From contig MU008165.1 in the NCBI GenBank assembly GCA_010909165.1, positions 558,001 to 622,000 of the forward strand: a stretch of DNA of 64,000 bases. Direction: 5' to 3'. Every line of letters starts with the position of its first letter. Position 1 is the first letter of the stretch. The translations under genes and the position numbers were made by a program. Positions 1 through 10,296 of the stretch are shown piece by piece. Below the pieces are notes generated by a model that searched no databases, was not told where the DNA came from, and saw only the letters and a list, made by a program, of their open reading frames with translations. The stretch is from Anthoceros angustus (Eukaryota > Plantae > Anthocerotophyta).

Positions 1-994
1 TTGTTCTCTAATTTGAACATGAATCTGCCTCCCCTTCTCCAAAGCGGGGTTGCCCACACTTGCACATGCCTGCAGGAGGCACAGAAAGGTCACAGAATCG
101 GGGACAGCCCCATGCCCCTCCTGCTGCATAGCTCTGTAGATGGCAAGGGCTGCCTGCCCCATTCCCTGCCGGGCATACCCTCCTATCATGGCATTCCACA
201 TCACCACAGTTTTCTGACCAAGTCCATCAAACACCCCCTGAGCATCCTCTAAGCTGCCACACTTTGCATACATGTCCACCAAGCAACTACTGACGAACAA
301 ATCAGACTGAAGGCCACTAGCCAACACGTCGGCATGCACCAGCTGCCCAGTTTGTAAGTCTGCTCCCCTTGCACAAGCCTGAAGGGCTGCCACAAATACA
401 TGCCCATCTGCCTTCACCCTGGACCTCCTCATCCGATGATACAGTTGTATGGCCTGCGTGTCGTGCCCGTGCTTAACATGAGCAGAAATTATGGAAGACC
501 ACATGAAGGCATCTGGTTCTGCAACGAGGGTGAACACATCCATCGCGTCTTGCAACCTCCCATGACAAGCATACATTCGCAGGATGTGGTTGCACAGAAA
601 CTTGTCCGACTTGTATCCCTTTTTCACCGTCAGACAATGCACCCGCCGACCGAGAACAAGATCCTTCTTCGTTACACATCTCTTCAGGACAGTATAAAAC
701 AGAGATTTGGAAATACAACAGTCCGAATGCACCAAAACTTCTAAGGCTTCAACAGCCTCAGTCAGAAGGCCCTGATGACACAGCTTGCTCACGGTTGCAG
801 CAGTTACGATCCTATCGTATCCTGCAGGCCCCAAGCTCAGCATCATCCGGGACGATCCCGTGGAGTTTGGTGGCACGACGGTCCATCCCCAAAACCAGGG
901 TAGTGAGCTGCGCATCAACCCAAGCCCGCTTGTAGAAATCGTTCGTCTCCATCTCCAACCAGACATCCGCTTGGACGGGCTGGCACTTTTCCAA
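1..994 (-). CDS. 5' part of a PLS-class PPR gene running off the left edge; degenerate PDF-like leader in a shifted frame
   Basis: Manual translation of the minus strand is open from about 830 to base 1: PAGYDRIVTAATVSKLCHQGLLTEAVEAL...FLCNHILRMYACHGRLQDAMDVF...DMYAKCGSLEDAQGVFDG. This closely matches the N-termini of the neighbouring WW-type PPRs. The leader (WLEMETNDFYKRAWVDAQL, ORF 812..994) joins through a 1-nt shift in a C4 run near 830. The true start is uncertain. Confidence 0.85.
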
Positions 995-1449
995 AGGCCC
1001 TGGACTTCGAGGCTTGCTTCTTAACCCACAATTGGCTGATTGAAGGCAGGCGGGCGGTAGCTCTCCGCTCTGCCATGGCTACCAGGATCACACTCCTTCG
1101 ATGACTCAAAGATCTTGGTGCGACATTACAGACTAAACGATCGTAGTCTTGAAGTACGTGGATGAAAGCTAAGATTCACTGATTCTGACTACAGCCGGGC
1201 GGAGCGAATGACATAGACCGTTGTCTTTGAGAGGACAAAGTGACAACCATACCCAAGAAGCAGCGACCCAGTTCATGCAGATTAGTGGAACATGATGGAA
1301 TCACATGAAAAATAAGCGTGCGTAAATTGCGTGCAATGTGCCTGCGATGCATCCGAAGACATCGTAGGCAGCCAGCCCTCGGCGCACATCCCCTCGGGTA
1401 TCTGTCCAGATGTAGCACAGATCCTTCATTGAGAAATACATGTTCAGCT

Positions 1450-3990
1450 TTAGGAAACTGAAAAGCTATGCACCAGCCCGTCCATGTCTGTCCACCAGCT
1501 CTGACCAGGCTGCTTCCATGCCAACATTCTCATTCTCTTCGCATGCATATGCCGCGCTTGCTCCCACATCCGAGCACCAGTGTATATCTTGGACATGAGC
1601 AAATATGCTGTGGCATCTTTCTTGTCTAGCTTCACTGCTTGGTTGAAAGCATAGCGCCCCACCTCCACGTTGCTCCACTTTCCACAAGCACCCAACAGAG
1701 TACTCCAAACTACAGCGTCAGGCACTACAGGCATCGTCCTTACCAAAGCCAGTGCCTCATCCAGTTGGCCTGCACGGCCCAGGAGATCCACCATGCATGT
1801 GTAGTGCTCTACTGTTGGAGTGATGCTCTCAAGTCTCCTCATAGCATCGAAGTACTCTCGCCCCTTGTTCACCAGACCTGTATGACTGCATACTGTTAGA
1901 ACCCCAAGGAACGTGATGCCATCTGGCTGTATGCCATCCTCTCTCATTCTGAGAGCCAAATGAAAGACCTCATCACTGTCTCCTTGGTGGCTATAGCCTG
2001 CAATCAGTGCATTCCAGGTGGCAACAGTTCGGTCTACCAGTGCCTCAAACACCGTCTGTGCATCAACCATGCTCCCCGCCTTGCCATACATATTTATCAA
2101 ACTGCGCCCTACAACGACATCTGCTTGAAACCCTTGTTCTTCTATCTGTGCATGTAGCTGCCTTCCCAAATGCAAAGCTGCCATGTTTGCACATGCCTTC
2201 AGGAGATAAACAAATGTCACAGAATCAGGTAGAGCGATGCCTTCTTTCTGCATAGCCCTATAGAGACTAAGAGCCTCCTGCCCCAAGCCCTGCTTAACAT
2301 ACAGTCCTATCAAGGCATTCCACGTCACCACATCTTTTTGAGGAAGCCTGTCAAATACTGTGTGAGCGTCTTCCAAGCTCCCACACTTTGCATACATATT
2401 CACCAAACTGTTGGCCACAAATACATCAGCTTGGTATCCCCGTTCTCTAATTTGTTCATGAAGCTGCTTCCCCGTCTCCAACACCGGAACTCCCACGCTT
2501 GCACACGCCTGCAGGAGGCACACAAAGGTCACAGCGTCAGGTACTGCCATGCCATCTGCTTGCATTGCACTGTAAAGATGAAGGGCTTTCTGGCCCATGC
2601 CCTGCTGGGAATATCCTGCTATGATGGCACTCCACGTCACAACATCTTTTTGACTAAGCCCATCAAACACACCCTGAGCATCCTCTAGGCTGCCACACTT
2701 CGCATACATATTGACCAAGCTGCTGGCTACAAACACATCATCTTGATGTCCTCGACCTTGAATTTGTGCATGAAGCTCCTTACCCTTCTCCAAGGCGGGG
2801 ATGCCCATATTCGCACATGCCTGCAGGAGGCAAACATATGTCACAGAATCTGGTGTAGCCATCCCTTCTTTTTGCATGACACTGTAGAGACGAAGGGCTT
2901 CGTGCCCCAAGCCCTTCTGGGAACAGGCTGCTATCATGGCATTCCACGTGACCACATCCTTTTCACCAAGTCCATCAAACACTTTCTGGGCGTCTTCCAA
3001 GCTGCCACACTTAGCATACATATTCACCAAGCTGCTGCCTACAAACCCATCACTTTGATGTCCTAATCCTTGAATTTGCGCATGAAGCTGCTTCCCCTTC
3101 TCCAGAGCTGGGGTGCCCACACTTGCACAGGCCTGCAGAAGGCACACAAATGTCACAGAATTGGGTACCGCCATCCCTTCTTTTTGCATGAAACTGTAGA
3201 GACGAAGAGCTTCCTGCCCCATGCCGTGCTGGGAGTATACTGCTATCATGGCAGTCCAAATCACCACACTTTTGTCAGCAACTCCATCAAATACTGCTCG
3301 AGCATCTCCCAAGCTGCCACACTTTGCATAAATACCCACCAAGCAACTACAGACAAACGCATCCCGCTCAAACCCACTCGCCACCACATCACCGTGAACC
3401 TCCCGCACAGTTTCCAGGTCTTGCCCCTTTGCACAAGCCTGAAGGGCTGCCACGAACACATGGCTATCCGGCTTCGCACCTGACCTGCCCATACGACGGT
3501 ACAGTTGGATGGCATGCTTGTTATGTCCGTGATGGACATACGCAGAGATCATAGAAGACCACATGAAAGCATCTGGTTTGGGAACCAGGGCGAACACATC
3601 CATCGCGTCTTGCATTCTGCCATGGGCACCGTACATTCGCAAAATGTGGTTGCACAGGAACGTATCCGACTGGTACCCCTTTTTCACCGTGAAAGCATGA
3701 ACGAGGCGGCCCAGGACAAGATCCTTCTGGGCGACACATTTCTTCAGGACTGTGTATAAAAGATCTACCGAGATGCAAGAGTCTGTGTGGACCAGAACTC
3801 CCAAGGCCTCAACAGCCTCAGCTAGGTGGCCCTCCTCACATAGCTTGCTCACGGCTTCAGCCGTTGCGACCATTTCAAATCTGCGAGGGTCAGATCTCCG
3901 ACTAGCGAATTGCTTGTTTGCCAACGTTTGGTTCCTGGAAGTCAGGTGACCGGGACCCCGTGCTAGAGCTCGTAACTTAGACACAGCCAT
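1450..3990 (-). CDS. PLS-class PPR protein, E1-E2 plus truncated DYW:WW (846 aa), putative organellar RNA-editing factor
   Basis: Single open ORF with 6 PLS units (MYxKCGS motifs), an E region (TPTVEHYTCMVDLLGRAG...) and WKQPGQSWWTDMDGLVHSF followed by a stop. There is no HxE/CxxC deaminase core. Confidence 0.93.
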   Translation of the reverse strand: MAVSKLRALARGPGHLTSRNQTLANKQFASRRSDPRRFEMVATAEAVSKLCEEGHLAEAVEALGVLVHTDSCISVDLLYTVLKKCVAQKDLVLGRLVHAFTVKKGYQSDTFLCNHILRMYGAHGRMQDAMDVFALVPKPDAFMWSSMISAYVHHGHNKHAIQLYRRMGRSGAKPDSHVFVAALQACAKGQDLETVREVHGDVVASGFERDAFVCSCLVGIYAKCGSLGDARAVFDGVADKSVVIWTAMIAVYSQHGMGQEALRLYSFMQKEGMAVPNSVTFVCLLQACASVGTPALEKGKQLHAQIQGLGHQSDGFVGSSLVNMYAKCGSLEDAQKVFDGLGEKDVVTWNAMIAACSQKGLGHEALRLYSVMQKEGMATPDSVTYVCLLQACANMGIPALEKGKELHAQIQGRGHQDDVFVASSLVNMYAKCGSLEDAQGVFDGLSQKDVVTWSAIIAGYSQQGMGQKALHLYSAMQADGMAVPDAVTFVCLLQACASVGVPVLETGKQLHEQIRERGYQADVFVANSLVNMYAKCGSLEDAHTVFDRLPQKDVVTWNALIGLYVKQGLGQEALSLYRAMQKEGIALPDSVTFVYLLKACANMAALHLGRQLHAQIEEQGFQADVVVGRSLINMYGKAGSMVDAQTVFEALVDRTVATWNALIAGYSHQGDSDEVFHLALRMREDGIQPDGITFLGVLTVCSHTGLVNKGREYFDAMRRLESITPTVEHYTCMVDLLGRAGQLDEALALVRTMPVVPDAVVWSTLLGACGKWSNVEVGRYAFNQAVKLDKKDATAYLLMSKIYTGARMWEQARHMHAKRMRMLAWKQPGQSWWTDMDGLVHSFSVS

Positions 3991-4246
3991 AGTACCGCCT
4001 GTGGGAGATGCACCAGCTCATCGCACAAATCAGCTGGAACCAAGAATCATTCCAACGGTTCAAACAGCCGTTCTGGAAGTTGAAAGAAAGCTCTTTCTGG
4101 CAATGTCCGCAAGCATCCTCGATGCTGCTGCTCTTGAGTGGCAGCCCAAGAACGTAATCCGGCGTACTCTTCATCGTGATCAGTGGCGTCCGGTCGGGCC
4201 TGTTGTTTAGGGCATCTGCCATGGCAACCTTTCTGCTTTGACGCAC
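3977..4246 (-). pseudogene. Degenerate DYW-domain remnant downstream of the 1605-aa PPR ORF
   Basis: TPDYVLGLPLKSSSIEDACGHCQKELSF resembles the DYW segment (GYVPD..VL....EKEDALCGHSEKLA). It is out of frame with the upstream ORF and lacks the catalytic Glu and CxxC. Confidence 0.5.
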
Positions 4247-4252
4247 ATGATC

Positions 4253-7200
4253 TCAGCCATGTCGCCGCTGCAGAGTCTCAGACGTGGAGATGTCTGTTTT
4301 CCTTACTTCGGGGAAGACCTGTTTCAGCCTTGCTTGATTCCAGGGAAGCTTCTTATCCCCAACCAGAAAGGTATGAACCAGTCCGTCCATGTCAGTCCAC
4401 CAGCTCTGACCCGGTGGCTTCCATGCCCTGATGTGTATTCTCCTGGCCTGCACCTCGCGGGCCTGCTCCCACATCTCGGCAACGGTGTATATGTTCGACA
4501 TCATAACATAAGCTGCAGCATCTTTCTTGTCCAGCTTCAACGCTTGGTGGAAAGCATGGAGTCCCACCTCCACATTACTCCACTTTCGACAAGCACCCAG
4601 CAGTGTATGCCAAACTGTGTGATCAGGCAGCACAGGCATTGCACTCACCAAAGCTAGTGCCTCGTCCAGACGGCCTGCACGACCCAGGAGGTCTACCATG
4701 CATGTGTAGTGCTCAACCGTGGGGGTGATGCCATGGTTTGTGCTCATAGCTTCAAAGTACTGTCGACCCTTGTCTACTAGGCCCGTGTGACTGCATACAG
4801 TTAGAACACTCATGAACGTAATGCCATCTGGCTGTACGCCATCCTGTCTCATTCTGAACACCAAGTCGAAGACCTTTGCACTGTGGCCTTGGTTGCTGTA
4901 TCCTGCAACCAATGCATTCCAGGCCACGATGTTTCTCTTGGGTAATCCTTCGAACACATGCTGCGCATCACCCATGCTCCCAGACTTGCCATACATGTTT
5001 ATCAAACTGACAGCTACGCACCCTTCGTCTTGAAGACTTCTTTCTTTAATTTGTGCATGTAGCTGCCTACCCACGTGCAAAGCTGCCACGTTTGCACATG
5101 CTTGCAGAAGGCACACAAATGTGACGGAATTAGGTGCAGTAACTCCTCCTCCTTGCATAGCACTGTAAAGACTGAGCGCCTCCTCACCCATGCCCTGCTG
5201 GGCATACGCAGCTATCATAACATTCCACGTCACCACATCTTTTTCTACAAATCCGTCAAACACTCTCTGAGCATCCTTAAGGCTGCCGCATTTTGCATAC
5301 ATGTTTACCAAACTGTTCGCTACAAATACAGCAGCTTCCTTTCCTTGTTCAGTAATGTGCGCATGAAGCTGCTTCCCCTTCTCCAAACCTGGGGTACCTA
5401 GACTTGCACATGCCTGCAGGAGGCACACAAAAGTCACAGAATCAGGTACAGTCATACCATCTTTTAGCATATCATCGTAAAGACCAAGGGCTTCCTGTCC
5501 CATGCCCTGCTGGGAATAGCCTGTTATCATGGCATTCCATGTCACTACATCTTTTTGGCCAAGTCCGTCAAACACTTTTTGAGCAGCTTCTAGGCTGCCG
5601 CACTTGGCATACATGTTGACCAAATTGTTGGCTACGAACACAACTGCTTCATGCCCTCGTTCTCTAATTTGCACATGAAGCTCCTTCCCCTTCTCCAAAG
5701 CAGGGGTGCCAGCACTTGCGCAGGCCTGCAGGAGGCACACAAAAGTCACGGCATTTGGAACAGACCTGCCCTCCTCCTGCATAACACTGAAGAGATGAAG
5801 GGCTTCCAGCTCTCTGCCTTGCTTGGAGTATGCTGCTAGCATGGCATTCCACGTCACAACATCTTTTTCACCAAGTCCATCAAACAGTCTCTGCGCATCT
5901 TCCAAAGTGCCACACTTGGCATACATGTTCACCAAACTGGTGGCCACAAAGACATCAGCCTGATGCCCTCCTTCTCTAATTTGCGAATGAAGCTGCTTCC
6001 CCTTCTCCAAAGCTGTGGAGCCCAGACTAGCACATGCTTGCAGGAGACTCACAAATGTCATGGAATCAGGAACTGCAATGCCTTCTTCTTGCATAGCACT
6101 GTACAGACGAAGAGCTTCCTCCCCCATACCCTGCTGAGAATACTGTCCTATAATGGCATTCCATGTCCCCACATCCTTTTGGCAAAGTCCATCAAAAACT
6201 CTTCGAGCATGTTCAAGGCTCCCACACTTTGCATACATGTTAACCAAACTGTTGGCTACGACTATATCCGCCAGGTGTCCTCGTTCTCTAACCTGTCTAT
6301 GAAGCTGCTTCCCCTTCTCCAACGCCAGGGTGCCTACACTTGCGCACGCCTGCAGGAGGGAGTGAAAGGTCACACAGTCAGGCACAGTGCCGTCTTCTTC
6401 CATGCTACTGAAAAGACAAAGGGCTTCCTGGCCCATACCCTGCTGGGAATACCCTGCAATCATAGCATTCCATGTCACTACATCTTTCTGACCTAGCCCA
6501 ACAAACATTTTGTGGGCATCCTTTATGCTGCCACACTTTGCATACATGTTTACCAAACTGTTGGCTACAAACACATCAGACTGATGTCCTCTTTCTCTAA
6601 TTTGGGTATGAATCTCCTTCCCCCTCTCCAGCGCCTGGTTGCCCACACTTGCACATGCCTGCAGGACGCACGCAAAAGTGACAGAATTGGGTACAGTCCT
6701 CTCATCTTCTAGCATATTACTGAATAGACGCAGGGCATCCTGACCCATTCCCTGCTGGGAATATCCTGCTATTATTGTGTTCCATGTCACTACATCCTTT
6801 TTACAAAGCCCGTCAAAGACTCTTTGAGCTTCCTCCAAGCTGCCACACTTTGCATACATAGCTACCAAACTGTTTGCGACAAACATGTCAACTTCATGTC
6901 CTCTTTCTCTGATTTGCGCATGAAGCTGTTTTCCCTTCTCCAGAGCTGGGGTCCCAACACATGCACAAGCCTGCAGGAGGCACACAAAGGTCACAGAATC
7001 GGGTGCAACAATTCCTTCTTGTTCCATAGCATTGTAAAGCCGAAGGGCTTGGCCCCCCATGCCCCGCTGGGAATACCCTGATATCATGGCACTCCATGTC
7101 ACCACATCTTTTTCACCAAGTCCATCAAACACTCTCTGAGCATCTTCTACACTGCCACACTTCGAATACATGTTCAACAGACTGTTGACCACTAATGAAT

Positions 7201-9070
7201 CAGCTTGATGTCCATGCTCACTAATTTGCACATGGAGCTGCTTCCCCTTCCCCAAAGCTGCGGTGCCCAGACTTGCACATGCCTGTAGGAGGCACACAAA
7301 ACTCACAGAATTGGGTACAGTAATGCCTTCTTCTTCCATAAGCCTATACAGATAAAGGGCTTCATTCCCCATGCCCTGCTGGGAGTACCCTGATATCATG
7401 GCATTCCATGTCAATACATTTTTCTGAGTAAGCCCATCAAACACTTTCTGGGCATCTTCCAAACTGCCACACTTTGCATACATGTTTATTATGCTGTTGG
7501 CTAGCAACACATCACGTTCAAGTCCTCGCCCTCTAATTTGTGCATGAAGCTCCTTCCCTTTATCCAATGCAGGATTGCCCACACTTGCACATGCCTGCAG
7601 GAGGCAAACAAATGTTACAGAATTGGGTGCCATGATGCCTTCTTCCTGCATAGTCCTGTAAAGGCCAAGGGCTTCCTCCCCCATGCCCTGCTGGGAATAT
7701 CCTGCTATCATGGCACTCCAAGTAACTATATCTTTTTCACGAAGTCCTTCAAACACTTTTTGGGCGTCTTCCAACCTGCCGCACTTTGCATACATGTTCA
7801 CCAAACTGTTTGCTATCAACACCTCGGCTTCATGTCCTTGTTCTGTAATCTGTGCATGAAGCTGCCTTCCCTTCTCCAAAGCTAGAGTGCCCACACTTGC
7901 ACATGCCTGCAGGAGGCACACAAATGTCACGGAATTGGGTACAGCAATGCCTTCTTCTTGCATAGCACTGTAGAGTTGAAGGGCTTCATGCCCCATGCTC
8001 TGCTGGCCATACCCTGCAATTAGAGCAGTCCACGTGACCACATCTTTTTGACCAAGTCCATCAAACAAACTCTTGGCATCCTGTAAGCTGCCACACTTAG
8101 CATACATGTTTACCAAACTGTTGCCTACAAACACATCAGCTTCGTGGCCGCGTTCTTTAATTTGTGCGTGAAGCTGCCTCCCCCTCTCCAAAGCTGGGGT
8201 GCCCACACTTGCACATGCCTGCAGGAGGCAAACATATGTCACAGCGTTGGGTACAGCCATGCCGCTTTCTTCCATGACACTGTAGAGATGAAGAGCTTCC
8301 TGGCCCAGGCCGTGCTGGGAATATCCGGCTATCATGGCAGTCCATGTCACCACATCCTTTTTGCCAAGTCCGTCAAACACTCTCTTCGCGTCTTCCAAGC
8401 TGCCACACCTCCCATACGAGTCGACCAAACAATTACAGACAAACAAATCACGTTCAAACTTACTGGCCAAGACATGGGCATGCAGCTCCTGAACAGCTTT
8501 CAAGTCTTGTGCCCTTGCACAAGCCTGAAGAGCTGCCACGAATACATGGCTATCAGGCACCACACTTGACCTGCGCATCCGATGATACAATTCTATTCCC
8601 TGCTTGTCTTGACCGTGTTTAACATGAGCAGAAATTATGGAAGACCACATGAAGGCATCTGGACTGACAACCTCCGTGAACACATCCATCGCGTCTTGCA
8701 ACCTGCCATGAAAAGCATATAATCGAAGAATATGGTTGCACAGAAACGTGTTCTCCTGGTACCCCTTCTTCACCGTGAACGCATGCACCCGGCGACCTAG
8801 AACAAGGTCCTTCTGAACAACACATCTCTTCAGCACGGCATAAAGGAGAGACTTGGAAATGTAGCAGTCTATTTGCACCAAAACTCCCAAAGCCTCAACA
8901 GCCTCAGTGAGCCGGCCTTCCTCACATAGCTTGCTCACGGTTTCAGGCAGCACGCCCATTTCGCATCCTGCAGACACAGGACGAACCAAACAGTTGGGTC
9001 TGGAGGAAACAGTCCACACCAGAGCTGCCGGAGACGAACGTCGCCAACAGATCCGTCTCCAGCCAGACAT
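4253..9070 (-). CDS. Very long PLS-class PPR protein, E1-E2 plus truncated DYW:WW (1605 aa)
   Basis: Single-exon open ORF with 13 PLS units of about 104 aa, an E region and WKPPGQSWWTDMDGLVHTFLVGDKKLP, then divergence and a stop. ATG at 9070; a later start at MGVLPETV is also possible. Confidence 0.95.
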   Translation of the reverse strand: MSGWRRICWRRSSPAALVWTVSSRPNCLVRPVSAGCEMGVLPETVSKLCEEGRLTEAVEALGVLVQIDCYISKSLLYAVLKRCVVQKDLVLGRRVHAFTVKKGYQENTFLCNHILRLYAFHGRLQDAMDVFTEVVSPDAFMWSSIISAHVKHGQDKQGIELYHRMRRSSVVPDSHVFVAALQACARAQDLKAVQELHAHVLASKFERDLFVCNCLVDSYGRCGSLEDAKRVFDGLGKKDVVTWTAMIAGYSQHGLGQEALHLYSVMEESGMAVPNAVTYVCLLQACASVGTPALERGRQLHAQIKERGHEADVFVGNSLVNMYAKCGSLQDAKSLFDGLGQKDVVTWTALIAGYGQQSMGHEALQLYSAMQEEGIAVPNSVTFVCLLQACASVGTLALEKGRQLHAQITEQGHEAEVLIANSLVNMYAKCGRLEDAQKVFEGLREKDIVTWSAMIAGYSQQGMGEEALGLYRTMQEEGIMAPNSVTFVCLLQACASVGNPALDKGKELHAQIRGRGLERDVLLANSIINMYAKCGSLEDAQKVFDGLTQKNVLTWNAMISGYSQQGMGNEALYLYRLMEEEGITVPNSVSFVCLLQACASLGTAALGKGKQLHVQISEHGHQADSLVVNSLLNMYSKCGSVEDAQRVFDGLGEKDVVTWSAMISGYSQRGMGGQALRLYNAMEQEGIVAPDSVTFVCLLQACACVGTPALEKGKQLHAQIRERGHEVDMFVANSLVAMYAKCGSLEEAQRVFDGLCKKDVVTWNTIIAGYSQQGMGQDALRLFSNMLEDERTVPNSVTFACVLQACASVGNQALERGKEIHTQIRERGHQSDVFVANSLVNMYAKCGSIKDAHKMFVGLGQKDVVTWNAMIAGYSQQGMGQEALCLFSSMEEDGTVPDCVTFHSLLQACASVGTLALEKGKQLHRQVRERGHLADIVVANSLVNMYAKCGSLEHARRVFDGLCQKDVGTWNAIIGQYSQQGMGEEALRLYSAMQEEGIAVPDSMTFVSLLQACASLGSTALEKGKQLHSQIREGGHQADVFVATSLVNMYAKCGTLEDAQRLFDGLGEKDVVTWNAMLAAYSKQGRELEALHLFSVMQEEGRSVPNAVTFVCLLQACASAGTPALEKGKELHVQIRERGHEAVVFVANNLVNMYAKCGSLEAAQKVFDGLGQKDVVTWNAMITGYSQQGMGQEALGLYDDMLKDGMTVPDSVTFVCLLQACASLGTPGLEKGKQLHAHITEQGKEAAVFVANSLVNMYAKCGSLKDAQRVFDGFVEKDVVTWNVMIAAYAQQGMGEEALSLYSAMQGGGVTAPNSVTFVCLLQACANVAALHVGRQLHAQIKERSLQDEGCVAVSLINMYGKSGSMGDAQHVFEGLPKRNIVAWNALVAGYSNQGHSAKVFDLVFRMRQDGVQPDGITFMSVLTVCSHTGLVDKGRQYFEAMSTNHGITPTVEHYTCMVDLLGRAGRLDEALALVSAMPVLPDHTVWHTLLGACRKWSNVEVGLHAFHQALKLDKKDAAAYVMMSNIYTVAEMWEQAREVQARRIHIRAWKPPGQSWWTDMDGLVHTFLVGDKKLPWNQARLKQVFPEVRKTDISTSETLQRRHG

Positions 9071-9126
9071 CCTCTTGGAGGGGACGGGTTTCTAGCCCAC
9101 GCTTGTTTCTGCTTGCGATTGTGAGC

Positions 9127-10296
9127 ATGATGGTTGTGGGAGCACTGGCGTCGGAGGTGCAGCTGGTGGAAGATGCATGCGAGGAAACAATGCTACTGTG
9201 GGGCTTGGAGCAGCCAACCTTAGCAGCCCCGAATGCGTTCGTGAGCCATACGTCGCTGCTCCTGCAGCTGGATGCGTGCGGCCACAACCTCCACATCGAG
9301 CAAGCCCCGGCTTCCATGGTCTCTGCTCCATTTATCATTGTGGAAATGCAAATTCCAATGCTTGAATCAGTTGAGTTCACATCTCCTGCTACGAATTTGT
9401 GGCAGCACAAACCAGGGGTGACAGGAGCTGTCATGTGGGACAGCGGCGTGGTGCTGGCCAAGTTCCTGGAGCACGCGGTGGATTCAGGGCTGCTGCAGGT
9501 GCAAGGGAAGCGGTGTGTGGAGCTGGGAGCTGGCTGTGGACTGGTGGGGTGAGCTGTGTGTGTGTGTTGGCTGGTAGGCGTGATCCAGCCAATGTGTCTT
9601 GCCCTAACTCGCTCTCTCGCAGCTGTGTCGCAGCTCTTTTGGGTGCGCATGTTGTCTTGACGGACCTGCATGACCGCCTGCGTTTGCTGCAAAAGAACGT
9701 GGAGGAGAACGTGAAGCTGTGCGGTAAAGGCTCCGCGTCTGTGGAGCTGCTGGAGTGGGGATGTGAGCTCGAAGGAGACTTGCTGCATCTCACCACAGAT
9801 TATGGTCCGTTTTTTTTTCCCCTACGTGTTTTTCGTCCCTGAGGTACGCAATCAATCCAGCCTTGTAGGTTAGAGTAGGGAGGAGGTTGATTCTGCATTC
9901 ATCTCTGAAATGCAGTGCTTGCTTCCGATGTCATCTACAATGAGGACGTGGTTCCCGATTTGTTGCACACACTGCGAGCTTTGTGCAAACACACGGGTGC
10001 AACTGTATTCCTAGCAGGAGAGCTTCGAAACGGTTGGCCGGGATTCCAGCTTTCCTTTCATGTCATGTCAGGCTGTGTAATAAACTCTAGGAGAGACAGG
10101 CTTACGATACGTCCCGTGCAATGCAGATGCCGTTCTGGAGTGTTTTTTCGAGCTGGCCTTGAAGGACTTCGTTATTGGACGGATTCCGAAGGCATTGTGG
10201 CATCCAGACTTCATAAGTTCCCGTGTGGCGCTTTATGTGCTCGCCCGCAGAGGCAGGGAACAAAGTGTGGAAGCCATGTCAACTGAAACTTTATAA
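9127..10296 (+). CDS. METTL21-like protein-lysine methyltransferase (class I SAM-dependent), 5 exons
   Basis: Exons about 9127-9318, 9406-9548, 9623-9804, 9916-10032 and 10127-10296, with GT-AG introns. Motifs GVTGAVMWDSGVVLAKFL, VELGAGCGLVG, VVLTDL, LLEWG, ASDVIY and GELRNDAVLE..F match the plant METTL21A-like family. Confidence 0.92.

Noticed and set aside
1176-1418. ORF after the 1450 stop as a possible continuation of the DYW domain
   Set aside because: Only a weak ARNLR echo of KNLR; no HxE or CxxC in the frames I read.
8943-9788. 281-aa minus-strand ORF spanning the PPR/METTL21 junction
   Set aside because: Antisense to well-supported METTL21-like exons and low-complexity; only the short EDVWLE echo is noted elsewhere.
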